A DNA stretch of 64,000 bases from Pristiophorus japonicus (taxonomy: Eukaryota). The notes below the pieces were generated by a model. The model had not been told where the DNA came from, did not search any database, and was given only the letters and a program-made list of their open reading frames with translations. How positions within the stretch are numbered: position 1 is the first letter of the stretch; each line of letters opens with the position of its first letter. Below, one piece after another: positions 25,100 to 38,176 of the stretch. The position numbers and the translations under genes are program-made. The stretch is from assembly GCF_044704955.1 (NCBI RefSeq), contig NC_091988.1, forward strand, positions 52,080,001 through 52,144,000, given 5' to 3'.

Positions 25100-25378
25100 A
25101 TTCTATGATTCTATAAGAACCAAAGACGACATGAGGAAAACTATTTTTCGCAGCGAACGGTTGGAATGCACTGCCTGAAAAGATGTTGGAGGCAGATTCA
25201 ATTGTGGCTTTCAAAAGGGAATTGGATAAGTGCCTGAAGGAAATAAATTTGCAGGACTTCGGGGAAAGGGCGGAGGAGTGGGACTAGCTGAAGTGCTCTT
25301 GTAGAGAGCCAGCATGGGCTTGACAACCCAAATGGCCTCCTTCTGTGCTCTATCCATTCTATGATTCTATGATTCCAT
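25100..25378 (+). mobile_element. CR1 3' fragment
   Basis: WNALPE..EADS..AFKRELDK coding; (TTCTATGA)n at both ends. Confidence 0.85.
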
Positions 25379-25567
25379 AATTTGGCTTTTACAAAGGGAC
25401 TGGGTCTTCCATTTCCAGATGAAGAGGTAGATGGGTGAACAAATTAATCCCATGGGATCAGGAAGAGGACGCCAAGCAAAAAGAGGACACATCACAGAGC
25501 GATCCATCTCCAGCAACACGGAGGATATCATCAGAAACGTTTGCAACTAGAAAAGGTGCACTCCATC

Positions 25568-25779
25568 TGTTGTGTATCTGTAAAGCATGCACTCCCATGT
25601 TCTGCCCACCAGGGAGCGCATCCCCTTAAGTCCCAAGGGTTCGCAGCATCCCTTGGGAGCACTGTATATAAGGTGGCCCCTAAGGCCTGTTCCTCACTCT
25701 GGAGTGTCTCAATAAAGACTGAGGTCACTGTTACCTTAACCTCCCTGTGTGCAGTCTCATCTGTGTTAGGAACACAATA
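25568..25779 (+). repeat. Gypsy 5' LTR
   Basis: TGTTGTGT..ACACAATA ends, TATA and AATAAA; direct repeat of 29980-30189. Confidence 0.96.
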
Positions 25780-25811
25780 ACTGGCGATGAGTACATCAAT
25801 CCAACGCAAAG

Positions 25812-28800
25812 ATGGAGCAAACTGTGGGCATCCTGGAGAAGTTCTCGGAGGGTGAGGACTGGGAAGCCTATGTCGAACGGCTAGACCAGTACTTTGTAGC
25901 CAACGAGCTGGACGGAGAAGGAAGCGCTGCAAAAAGGAGAGCGGTCCTCCTCACGGTCTGCGGGGCACCGACCTACAGCCTCATGAAGAATCTTCTGACT
26001 CCAGTGAAACCCACAGATAAGTCATATGAGGAGTTTGTACACTGGTTCGGGAGCATCTTAACCCAAGGGAGAACGTGCTGATGGCGAGGTATCGGTTCTA
26101 CACGTGCCAGCGATCTGAAGGTCAGGAAGTGGCGAGCTACGTCGCCGAGCTAATGCAACTTGTAGGACAATGTGCATTTGATGGCTACCTGGAGCAGATG
26201 CTCAGAGACTTTTTTGTACTGGGCAATGGCCACGAGATCATCCTATGAAAACTTTTGACTGCAGAGATACCGACCCTCAGTAAGGCCATTGCAATGGCAC
26301 AGGCATTTATGTCCACCAGTGATAACACCAAACAAATCTCTCAGCACACAAGTGCTAGAAATGTTCATAAATTAACTGGAACTGTGTTTGCGAGCAGAAA
26401 TGTACAAGGCAGAAACCTCGAGTTTGCAACTGCCACCAGGCCTCAGGTGACCCAAATGACACAGAGTCCACAACAAAGGATGAATGCAAGGCAATTCACA
26501 CCTTGTTGGCGTTGTGGAGGCTTCCATTCAGCCTATTCATGCCGATTCAAAGGGTATGTTTGCAAGAGCTGTGGAACAATGGGGCACCTCCAAACAAGCT
26601 TGCAGACGAGCTGCAAGCTCTGCAAAACCTGCTAACCACCACGTGGCAGAGGAAGATAGGTCCATGGTGGATCAAAGCAATTTCGAGCCTCAGAGAGAGG
26701 AGGCAGAAGCTGAAGTACACGAGGTGCACACATTTTTGACAAAATGTCCACCTATAATGCTAAATGTAAAATTGAATGGCTTACCCATAGCCATGGAACT
26801 GGACACTGGCGTTAGCCAATCCATCGTGAGTAAAAAGATGTTTGAGAGACTGTGGTGCAACAAGGCACTCAGACCAGCCCTGAGCCTCATCCACACGAAA
26901 CTGAGAACGTACACCAAAGAGCTCATCACTGTCCTGGGCAGCGCCATGGTCAAGGTCACCTACGAGGGCACAGTGCACGAACTGCCACTCTGGATTGACC
27001 CGGGCGATGGCCCCAAACTTATTGGAAGGAGCTGGCTGGGCAAAATCCACTGGAATTGGGATGACATCCGAGCGCTATCACATGTTGATGAGGCCTCATG
27101 TACCCAGGTTCTCAACAAATTTCCTTCCCTTTTTGAGCCAGGCATTGGAAATTTTTCCGGGGCGAAGGTGCGGATCCACTTGGTCCCAGAGGCATGACCC
27201 ATTCACCACAAGGCGCAAGTGGTACCTCACATGATGAGGGAGAGAGTGGAAATCGAGCTGGACAGGCTGCAACGCGAAGACATCATCTCCCAAGTGGAAT
27301 TCAATGAGTGGGCCAGCCCGATTGTTCCAATACTCAAAAGTGATGGCATGGTCAGGATTTGCGGCGATTATAAAGTAACTATTAATCGTTTCTCGCTACA
27401 GGACCAATACCCACTACCCAAGGCAGACGACCTATTTGCGACGCTGGCAGGAGGCAAGACGTTCACCAAGCTCAACCTGACTTCGGCCTACATGATGCAG
27501 GAGCTGGAGGAGTCTTCGAAGGGCCTCGCCTGCATCAACACGCACAAGGGACTGTTCATCTACAACAGATGCCCGTTTGGAAATCGGTCGGTTGCAGCGA
27601 TCTTCCAGAGAAACATGGAGAGCCTACTCAAGTCGGTGTCCTGACCCGTGACCAATATGTCATCCTGGTTTTTCAGGATGACATATTGGTCACGGGTCGG
27701 GACACCGTCTAGCATCTACAAACCCTGGAGGAGGTCCTCCAGCGACTGGATCATGTAGGGCTGCGGGTGAAGAGGTCGAAATGCGTCTTCATGGCAACAA
27801 AAGTGGAGTTTTTGGGGAGAAAGATCATGGTGCACGGCATTCGGCCCACAGACGTCAAGACAGAGGCTATCAGGAATGCGCCCAGGCCACAGAACGTCAC
27901 AGAGCTGCGGTCATTCCTGGGACTCCTCAACTATTTTGATAACTTCCTACTGGGGTTGAGCACCCTCTTAGAGCTAGTACATGTGTTATTGCGCAAAGGT
28001 GAGAACTGGGTATGGGGAAAAAACCAAGTAATTGCTTTTGAGAAAGCCAGAAACATTTTATGCTCCAACAAGCTGCTTGTGTTGTGTAACCCGTGTAAAA
28101 GACTTGTGCTAGCATGTGATGCGTCGTCGTACGGAGTCGGGTGTGTATTACAACAAGCTAACGTTGTGGGAAGTTGCAACCTGTCGCCTATGCCTCCAGG
28201 AGCTTGTCTAAGGCCGAGAAGGCCGACAGCATGAATGAGAAAGAAGCATTAGCGTGTGTGTTCGCGGTAAAGAAAATGCATCAGTATCTTTTTGGCCTCA
28301 AATTTTAGCTGGAAACCGATCACAAGCCCCTCATATCACTGTTCGCTGAAAACAAGCTGATAAATACTAATGCCACAGCCCGCATACAAAGGTGGGCACT
28401 CGCGCTATCAGCATATAACTATACCATCTGCCACAGGCCAGGCACTGAGAACTGTGCGGATGCTCTCAGTCGGCTACCATTGCCCACCACGGGGGTGGAA
28501 ATGACGCAGCCTGTAAACTTGTTGATGGTGGCGCAGCCCGCAGACTTGTTGATGGTCATGGAAGCGTTTGAAAATGATAAATCACCTGTTACGGCCCGCC
28601 AGATGAGGACTTGGACCAGCCAAGGTCCTCTGCTGTCCCTAGTAAGAAACTGTGTACTGCATGGGAGCTGGGCCAGCATCCCCGTTGAAATGCAAGAGCT
28701 AATCAAGCCGTTCCAGCGGCGAAAGGACGAGCTGTCCATTCAGGCAGACTGCCTGTTGTGGGGTAACCACGTAGTGCTACCCAAAAAGGGCAGGGAAGCA

Positions 28801-29947
28801 TTCATCTTTGATCTCCACAGCACACACCCGGGTATAGAAATGATGAAAGTGATAGCCAGATCCCATGTGTGATGGCCCGGTATCGACTCTGACTTAGAGT
28901 CCTATGTACGGCAATGCAGTGTGTGTGCTCAGTTGAGCAATGCGCCAGGAGAGGCACCACTAAGTTTGTCGTCCTGGCCCTCCAGACCATGGTCGAGGAT
29001 CCATGTCGACTGTGCGGGCCCGTTTCTCGATAAAATGTTCCTGGTGGTGCTGGATGCTTTTGCAAAATGGATTGAATGTGAAATAATGTCGGGAAGCAAT
29101 GCCACCGCCACCATTGAAAGCTTGAGGGCCATGTTTGCCACCCACGGCCTGCCTGACATACTGGTCAGTGACAACGGGCCATGTTTCACCAGTGCCGAAT
29201 TTAAAGAATTCATGTCCTGCAATGCGATCAAACATGTCACCTCGGCCCTGTTTAAACCAGCCTCCAATTGGCAGGCAGAGCGGGCAGTACAATCAAATAG
29301 AGCCTTAAACGAGTCACAGAAAGCTCACTCCAAACCCGCCTGTCCCGAGTACTGCTCAGCTACCGCACGAGACCCCACTAACTCACAGGGGTGCCCCCGG
29401 CTGATTTATTTATGAAAAGGACACTTAAAACCAGACTCTCGCTGGTTCACCCAAACCTGCATGATCAGGTAGAGAGCAGGCGGCAGCAACAAAATGTAAA
29501 CGATGGTCGTGCCACTGTGTCACGGGAAATTGATCTGAATGACCCTGTGTATGTGCTAAACTATGGACATGATCCCAAGTGGATTGCGGGCACAGTGATA
29601 GCTAAAGAAGGGAGTGGGGTGTTTGTAGTCAAACTAGACAATGGACAAATTTGCAGAAAGCACCTGGACCAACTAGGCTGCGGTTCACACACTGCCCTGA
29701 ACAACCCACAGCAGACACCACCTTTTTCGAGCCCACAACACACACCCAAAGGATCAACGACACCACCCCGGACCAGGAAATTGAACCCATCACGCCCAAC
29801 AGCCCAGCAAGGCCAGGCTCATCCAGCAGCCCTGCAGGGCCAACAACATGCCAGCCCAGCGAGGACACAGCCAACACACCAGAACAGACATTTACACTGA
29901 GGAAGTCCACCAGGGAAAGAAAGGCTCCCGACCACCTCACCTTGTAA
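25812..29947 (+). pseudogene. Gypsy gag-pol, multiply frameshifted
   Basis: gag (EDWEAYVERL; zinc knuckles CWRCGGFH and CKSCGTMGH), protease (LDTG), RT (WASPIV, RICGDYK, FQDD at ~27671), RNase H (LACDASSYGVG), integrase (LHSTHPGI, RIHVD, VSDNG). Confidence 0.95.
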
Positions 29948-29979
29948 ATAGTTTTCACTTTGACTTTAGTGGGGAGTGA

Positions 29980-30189
29980 TATTGTGTGTCTGTAAAGCAT
30001 GTACTCCCATGTTCCGCCACCAGGGAGCTCATCCCCTGAAGTTCCAAGGGATGCCAGCATCCCTTGGGAGCACTGTGTATAAGCCGGCCCTAAGGCCAGT
30101 TCCTCACTTTGGAGTGTCTTAATAAAGACTGAGGTCACTGTTACTTTAATCTCCCTGTGTATAGTCTCATCTGTGTTAGGAACACAATA
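29980..30189 (+). repeat. Gypsy 3' LTR
   Basis: About 20 substitutions and 2 indels versus the 5' LTR by hand count. Confidence 0.96.
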
Positions 30190-31215
30190 CCATCTGCATA
30201 AAAAATGCCATTCATTATTTCTTGCCTTGCTCTTTTTATCCAACTCTGTGATACTTCTTGTATCATCTGAGGGAGATGAGACTTGCAAACATGAATCACA
30301 ATATAAGTAAGATCACAGGAGGCCGCCATTGAAATAATACAAAGTTACCAGATATTTACATACTTATTTCCATGTTACCCTTCATTATGCCCGACTACTA
30401 CTTTTTAACTGTGCCTACCCTTTGTGCCTAAAACTCTTTTTACACATGACCTTAACCCCAGTGTCAGGAGGTTTGTAGCTGGAACAGCATCAATGGAGCC
30501 CTCGTGGGCTGAGGTTGTACTCGTCGCAGTGATGCTGATACCCTTACAGGACCTGTCTCTGATGTCATGTCACTTGTGCATCCAATGATCTCTGGGCCCA
30601 GGCCAAAAGCTCCCTCCTTTGCTGGCATTGTGGTTGCTTTGGTGCAGTGACATTGGTACTGTCATGAAAAACCCAACATCTACATCCACTCCTTGCAGCC
30701 CACTACTGCTGGGCATGGCTTCAGTTGGGCTAATGGCCTGCATGGGAGAAAGCAGAATCGTTCTTATTAAGTCCTTAAAGCCCTGCAGGACATGTATTGA
30801 AACAGCTATTGCCACTCAGCAAGCAACAAATCCCCGTAGGACCTCCTCTTTATGCTGCAGAAATCTCCTGGACTGTCATATTCTTCACATCAGGCCATAC
30901 CTCCTGCATGGTGTTGGAGATGTGGTTCGTGGACTTCTCCATATTATCCATCACCTGCAACATATAAGCGACTATTTCTAGTGCCTGCACGTCACATCTA
31001 ATTTCAAGACTGTAAACCTTTTAAAGACTGATCCCCTGAGATCTTCGTCCTTGGGCTCCTCAGCCAAGGGCAGTTGTTTCTGTGCCTTTGGGGAGATGGC
31101 TATTTCCTCATTATTCCTTCCCAGCCCCTCCTGATCACTGGTGCTCAGTGATAATTCACCCGGTGTTTCACTTTTTACTGCCCCTTGAATGGATGCACCT
31201 GGACTGGTGCTTGAA

Positions 31216-31620
31216 TAAGAACATAAGAAATAGGGGCAGGATTAGGCCATTTGGCCCCTCGAGCCTGCTCTGCCATTCAATAAGATCATGGCTGATCTGA
31301 ACATGGACCAGCTCCACTTCCCTGCCTGCTCCCCATAACCCTTATCACTCAAAAATCTGACTATCTCCGCCTTAAATATATTCAATGAGCCAGCCTCCAC
31401 AGATCTCTGGGGCAGAGAAAATTACTCAGTACTCTAGGTGTGGCCTCACCAATACCCTGTACAGTTGTAGCAGGATTTCTCTGCTTTTATACTCTAGCCC
31501 TCTTGCAATAAAGACCAACATTCTATTTGCCTTCCTGATTACTTGCTGTATCTGCACACTAACATTTTATGTTTCATTCACAAGGACCCCCAGGTCTCTC
31601 TGTACTGCAGCATTTTGCAA
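31216..31620 (-). mobile_element. CR1 3' fragment with an internal deletion near 31420
   Basis: Tail and UTR at 31216-31420 join directly to RPHLEY-coding sequence. Confidence 0.85.
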
Positions 31621-31737
31621 TGGCAGCAGAGGAATGTAGATAGCTGTGGGTGGTCGGATGGGGAGAGGGTTAGTTAGGTTCTGAGTCCTATCTCCAGCAT
31701 TATTTCAGTATCTTCATGGGCTCTTGCACCGTCATTA

Positions 31738-31990
31738 ACCTTGGCGAACCTAGTGAGGTCGTTACAGTGTTTATTGCACTGAACAGCTGGTTGTGGGGTG
31801 ATTGAGATGTCAATGACCCTCTAAATACCCTCCCTCCAAACTGCCAGAACCATTTTTTTTTTGGGGGGGGGGTTCCTTTCCCGAGTGCTGAAGAAAGTTT
31901 CCTTTTTATCTCCGCAGACATGACTTCCACCACAGTACAGAAAATCTTGGGAACCAGGCCATTGCAGACCCTCCTGATGTTGATCCTCCT
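31738..31990 (-). pseudogene. Harbinger Myb/SANT gene exon 1 relic
   Basis: Hand translation AVWREGI*RVIDISITPQPAVQCNKHCNDLTRFAK|GT matches the W...V...S...R...QC.K.FNDL pattern. TIR-like GAAAATCCCCC at ~32240-32250. Confidence 0.65.
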
Positions 31991-32559
31991 TCTGCCACTT
32001 GAATTGTACCTTGAGTTCTAACTCCATCTCTCTCCCTGCCCCTCCCTTCCCCTCCCCTTTTCTAATCGAACTGCTGTGTTTCTGGTCCTTTAAGTGACAG
32101 CAGCCTTTGAGATACTTCAGCTCGACCTGATTTCCTCCACCCGCCCCCACCAGTCAGGAGTGGGTGTCCTTCTTTCAAACTTCCCCGAAGACTAAATTAG
32201 CCCCATCCTCAGGTGCCGGCAGGATCACATGGTCGGGTGAAAATCCCCCCTGCCCCCCTCCTATCACTTCTCCAACAGGTTCAGGAAAATCCAGGTCTCT
32301 GTGTGGAAACGTCTTCCACTCCCCAGCACCAATATCCCACACCTTAATGACAAAAATAAATCACAAAAAAGGTAAAATAAATAACAAATGTTACATTATT
32401 GTCCCCAGACAAATGAACGTTGCAGCAAAGTTGGATTATTACATCAATTTCACTGATCACCGCCGATAGCGAGATGGGATATTTGATCAGTTGCAGTGAC
32501 CGACAGTGTGGTGGGATTTTTAGATCATTTTGTGACCACCTTTTTAGAGGAGATTAGAT

Positions 32560-32682
32560 GAATTGGTTGCCATGTTTTCTACATTACAACAGTGACTACA
32601 CTTTAAAAATACTTCATTGGCTGCACAGTGCTTTGGGACGTTCTGAGGTTGTGAAAGGCGCTATGTACATGCAAGTCTTTCT
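32560..32682 (+). mobile_element. SINE 3' fragment
   Basis: CTACATTACAACAGTGACTACAC..GTGAAAGGCGCTAT..GCAAGTC. Confidence 0.8.
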
Positions 32683-33664
32683 CTCATTTCTAGTGCATGG
32701 GAGTTTTACAGTATTTGAGATGTTTGCAGATAAGCAGGTAATATTACAAACAGTTATTCCTGGAAATACAGGCAGACAAGTTTAAACAAGCAATGCTTCA
32801 ACCACCAGCAGCACCTGCTCTGCATGTATTGTAGAAATATTTCATGATAAGAGACTTGTTTACTTGTGCTTTTCTACAGGTAGGTGGTATGGCAGCTCCC
32901 CCAATGGCTAACTGGGTCAGTGTGCTGCGTGTTGTGTCACTGAGCCATACAAACCAGGAAGATTTGGCATGTCCAGCACCATTAGGAAATATTACAATTG
33001 GGCAGGGAAAGATGGACAGATTTTCCTGCCTCTGATTGCTATGAAGTGACACTTGCTGGAAAGTGCGTATGTGAATATTGTGTGAGAACAAGATCAGATC
33101 TGGCTGTTTTGTCTCATATGGGTGAATAGCCTGTCACTGTTCACTGTCCAGGGCTCGCATGTGAAGAATTGCCATTTGAGTGTGGTACCAAAGTACTGAT
33201 GAAATTTCGAATGGTATGCAGCAAGATTTACTGCATTCTAAAGAGGAAATCAGGCAAAACTGGAAAAAGTGGCATAATTAAAACATGTAACTGGAGACAA
33301 TCATATTGAAGGAAAGACTACAGAAGTTACCCTGATAGGAACGTAGGAAGAGGAATAGGCCATTTACCCCTCGAGCCTGTTCAGCCATTCAATGAGATCA
33401 CGGCTGATCTGCGTCCTAACTCCATATACCCATCTTTGGCCTATATCCCTTAATACCTTCGGTTAACAAAAATCTATCAATCTATCTCTGTTTCCTAATT
33501 TTACTCCTGAAAGGTCTGGCTCTAATATTTAGGCTATGACCTTTAGTCCTACAATCCCCAACCAGCGGAAATAGTTTCTCTCTATCTGTTCCCCTTAATA
33601 TCCAGAAAACTTTGATCAAATCACCCCTAAACCTTCTAAATTCTATGGAATACAACCCTAATTG

Positions 33665-36600
33665 TTTACAAATTAAGTTAATCTAAGGGTTAAGTCATGG
33701 CAGGAGAGCCCAGACCCATGTCATACTCCTCCTCTGTTATGTGGGAAGTCAGGGACGCTACCAGTGTCCCTGACTACTATGTGTGCAGGAAGTGTGTCCA
33801 GCTGCAGCTCCTGACAGACTGCATTGCGGCACTGGAGCTGTGCATGGACTCACTCTGGAGCATCTGCGATGCTGAGGATGTCGTGAATAGCATGTTTAGT
33901 GAGGTGGTCACATCGCAGGAAAAGATTACTCAGACAGATAGGGAATGGGTGACCATCAGGCAGAGCAGTGGAAGGAAGGTGATGCAGGGGTCCCCTGCGG
34001 TCATCTCCCTCCAAAACAGACACACCGTTTTGGGTATCGTTGGGGGAGATGACTCATCAGGGGAAGGCAGCAGCAGCCAAGTTCATGGCACCATGGGTGG
34101 CTCTGCTGCACAGGAGGGCAAGAAAAAGAGGGGGAGAGCTATAGTGATAGGAGATTCTATTGTAAGGAGAACAAATAGGCGATTCTGCGGCCGCAAACGA
34201 GACTCCAGGATGGTATGTTGCCTCCCTGGTGCAAGGGTCAAGGTGGTCTCAGAGCGGCTGCAGTGCATTCTGAAGGGGGAGGGGGAACAGCCAGCTGTCG
34301 TGATGCATATAGGTACCGACGATATAGGTAAAAAATGGGATGAGGTCCTACAAGCTGAATTTAGGGAACTAGGAGTTAAATTAAAAAGTAGGACCTCAAA
34401 GGTAGTAATCTCAGGATTGCTACCAGTGCCACGTGCTGATCAGAGTAAGAATTGCAGGATAGTTCAGATGAATATGTGGCTTGTGGAATGGTGCGAGGAG
34501 GAGGGATTCAAATTCTTGGGGCACTGAAACCGGTTCTGGGGGAGGTGGGACCAGTACAAACCGGACGGCAGGACCGGACCTATGTCCGAGGTGGAGTGTT
34601 TGCTAGTGCTGTTGGGGAGGGTTTAAACTAATATGGCAGGGGGAGGGAACCTATGCAGGGAGGCAGAGGTAAGTAAAAAGGGGGCAGAAGCAAAAGGTAG
34701 GAAGGAGAAAAGCAAGAGTGGAGGGCAGAGAAATCAAGGGCAAAAATCAAAAAGGGCCACATTACAACATAATTCTAAAAGGACAAAGAGTGTTAAAAAA
34801 AAACAAGCCTGAAGACTCTGCGTCTCAATGCGAGGAGCATTCATAATAAGGTGGGCGAATTAACTGCGCAGATTGCTGTTAACGGGTATGATGTAATTGG
34901 GATTACGGAGACATGGCTCCAGGGTAACCAAGGCTGGAAACTCAACATCCAGGGGTATTCAATATTCAGGAAGGATAGACAGGAAGGAAAAGGAGGTGGG
35001 GTAGCGTTAATGGTTAAAGAGGAGGTTAACGCAATAGTAAGGAAGGACATTAGCTTAGATGATGTGGAATCTATATGGGTAGAGTTGCGAAATACCAAAG
35101 GGCAGAAAACATTAATGGGAGTTGTGTACAGGCCACCAAACAGTAGTGGGGAGGTTGGGGATGGCATCAAACAGGAAATTAGTGACGCGTACAATAAGAG
35201 TACAACAGTTATCATGGATGACTTTAACCTAAATATTGATTGGGCTAACCAAACTGGTAGCAAGACTGTGGAAGAGGATTTCCTGGAGTGTATAAGTAAT
35301 GGTTTTCTAGACCAATATCCTAGACTGGGTGTTGTGTAATGAGAGAGGATTAATTAGCAATCTGGTCGTGCGTGGCCCCTTGGAGAAAAGTGACCATAAT
35401 ATGGTAGAATTCTTCATTAAGATGGAGAGTGACACAGTTAATTCAGAGACTAGGGTCCCTTAAAGAAAGGAAACTTCGATGGTATGAGATGTGAATTGGC
35501 TAGGATAGACTGGCAAATGATACTTAAAGGGTTGACGGTGGATAGGCAATGGCAGACATTTAAAGATCACATGGATGAATTACTATTGTACATCCCTGTC
35601 TGGCGTAAAAATAAAACAGGAAAGGTGGTTCAACTGTGGCTAACAAGGGAAATTAGGGAAAGTGTTAAATCCAAGGAACAGGCATATAAATTGGTCAGAA
35701 AAAGCAGCAAACCTGAGGACTGGGAGAAATTTAGAATTCAGTAGAGCACGAGTAAGGGTTTAATTAGGAGGGGGAAAATAGAGTATGAGAGGAAGCTTGC
35801 AGGGAACATAAAAACTGACTGCAAAAGCTTCTATAGATATGTGAAGAGAAAAAGATTAGTGAAGACTTGCAGTCAGAATCAGGTGAATTCATAATGGGGA
35901 ACAGGGAAATGGCAGACCAATTGAACAAATACTTTGGTTCTGTCTTCACTAAGGAAGACACGAAGAATCTCCCGAAAATACTAGGGGACCGAGAGTCTAG
36001 CGAGAAAGAGGAACTGAGGGAAATCCTTATTAGTCAGGAAATGGTGTTAGGTAGACTGATGGGACTGAAGGCCGATAAATCCCCAAGGCCTGATGGTCTG
36101 CATCCCAGAGTACTTAAGGAAGTGGCTCTAGAAATAGTAGATGCATTGGTGGTCATTTTTCAAAATTCCATGGACTCTGGATCAGTACCTATGGATTGGA
36201 GGGTAGCTAATGTAATCCCACTTTTTAAAAAAGGGAGAGAGAAAACAGGGAATTATAGACCGGTTAGCCTGACATCAATGGTGGGGAAAATGCTGGAATC
36301 AATTATTAAAGAGGTAATAGCAGCGCATTTGTAAAGCAGTGACAGGATCGGTCCTAGTCAGCATGGATTTATGAAAGGAAAATCATGCTTGACAAATCTT
36401 CTAGCATTTTTTGAGGATGTAACCAGTAGAGTAGATAAGGGAGAACCAGTGGATGTGGTGTATTTGGTCTTTCAAAAGGCTTTTGACAAGGTCCAACACA
36501 AGAGATTAGTGTGCAAAATTAAGGCACATGGTATTGGGGGTAATGTATTGACATGGATAGAGAATTGGTTGGCAGACAGGAAGCAAAGAGTGGGAATAAA

Positions 36601-37640
36601 CGGGTCCTTTTCAGAGTGGCTGGCAGTGACTAGTGGGGTGCTGCAAGGTTCAGTGCTGGGCCCCCAGCTATTTACAATATACATTAATGAGTTGGACGAA
36701 GGAATTGAATGTAATATCTCCAAGTTTGCAGATGACACTAAGCTAGGTGGCAGTGTGAGCTGTGAGGAGGATGCTAAGAGGCTGCAGGGCGACTTGGGCA
36801 GGTTAGGTGAATGGGTAAATGCATGGCAGATGCAGTATAATTTGGATAAATGTGAGGTTATCCACTTTGGTGGCAAAAACAGAAAGGCAGATTATTATCT
36901 GAATGATGACAGATTAGTAAAAGGGGAGGTGCAATGAGACCTGGGTGTCATGGTACATCAGTCACTGAAGGTAGGCATGCAGGTACAGCAGGCAGTAAAG
37001 AAAGCAACTGGCATGCTGGCCGTCATAGCGAGAGGATTTGAGTATAGGAGCAGGGAGGTCTTACTGCAGTTGTACAGGGCCTTGGTGAGACCACACCTTG
37101 AGTATTGTGTGCAGTTTTGGTCTCCTAATCTGAGGAAGGACATTCTTGCTATTGAGGGAATGCAGAGAAGGTTCACCAGACTAATTCCTGGGATGGCAGT
37201 ACTGATATATGAAGAAAGACTGGATCGGCAAGGCTTATACTCACTGGAATTTAGAGGAATGAGAAGGGATCTCATAGAAACATATAAAATTATGACGGGA
37301 CTGGACAGGTTAGATGCAGGTAGAATGTTCCCGATGTTGGGGAAGTCCAGAACCAGGGGTAAGCCATATAGGACCGAGATGAGAAGAAATGTTTTCACCC
37401 AGAGAGTGGTGAACCTGTGGAATTGTCTACCACAGAAAGTTGTTGATGCCAGTTCGTTGGATATATTCAAGAGGGAGTTAGATGTGGCCCTTATGGCTAA
37501 GGGGATCAGGGGGGTATGGAGAGTAGGCGGGAGTGGGATACTGAAGTTGCATGATCAGTCATGATCATATTGAATGGCGGTGCAGGCTCGAAGGGCTGAA
37601 TGGCCTACTCCTGCACCTATTTTCTATGTTTATGTTTCTA
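33665..37640 (+). mobile_element. CR1 LINE, near full length (ORF1 + ORF2, decayed)
   Basis: ORF1 plus ORF2 pieces 34851-37564 (ETWL, KAFDK, QGSVLGP, KFADD, LWNCLP); (TTTCTATG)n tail. Confidence 0.96.
33697..34527 (+). pseudogene. CR1 ORF1p: zinc finger/leucine zipper + SGNH esterase-like domain, prematurely stopped
   Basis: YVCRKCVQLQLL..I..LE..M, VIGDSIVR, CLPGA, HIGTDD motifs. Confidence 0.88.
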
Positions 37641-38176
37641 ATTTGTGTAATTTCTCCTTGAAATTTAACCCTTGGCGTCCGGGTATCAGTCTGGTAAACC
37701 TACGCTGCACTCCCTCCAAGGCCAATATATCGTTCCAAGTTGTGGTGCCCAGAACTGTTCACAGTACTCCAGGTATGGCCTAACCAGGGTTTTGTATAGC
37801 TGCAGCATAATTTCTACCTCCTTATATTCTAGTTCTCTAGGTATAAAGGACAGCATTCCATTATATTTTTTGAATATTTTGTGCACCTGTTCATGATATT
37901 TTAATGATCTATATACCTGGACCCCAAGTCTCTTTGGACCACTACTGTTTTTAACTTTTAGAATGTTCTGTCCTTTTAAGGTCCAAAGTGGATGACCTCA
38001 CAATTGCTTACATTGAAATCCATTTCACACTGTATTGACCATTCACTTAATCTATCGATATACCTTTATAATTTTATGCTTTCATCTACACTGCCTAAAA
38101 TGCCACTTATCTTTGAGTAATTGGCAAATTTGGATAGGTGGCTTTCTATCCCATCATCTAAATCGTTAATAAATAT

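Larger units (their letters stand above)
25568..30189 (+). mobile_element. Ty3/Gypsy LTR retrotransposon, full length, decayed
   Basis: LTRs at 25568-25779 and 29980-30189; TSD CCATC; PBS TGGCGATGAG at 25782; PPT at ~29968-29979; domain order gag-PR-RT-RH-IN. Confidence 0.97.
33340..38165 (-). mobile_element. Older CR1 3' portion (33340-33663 and 37641-38165), split by the plus-strand CR1
   Basis: GGAATACAACCCTAATT ... CTAATTTGTGTAATTTCTCC continuity. ORF 37686-37886 (LYKTLVRPYLEYC). Confidence 0.8.

Noticed and set aside
29629-30288. 219-aa antisense ORF over the Gypsy 3' end as an env or accessory gene
   Set aside because: It crosses the LTR into flanking DNA and has no recognisable features.
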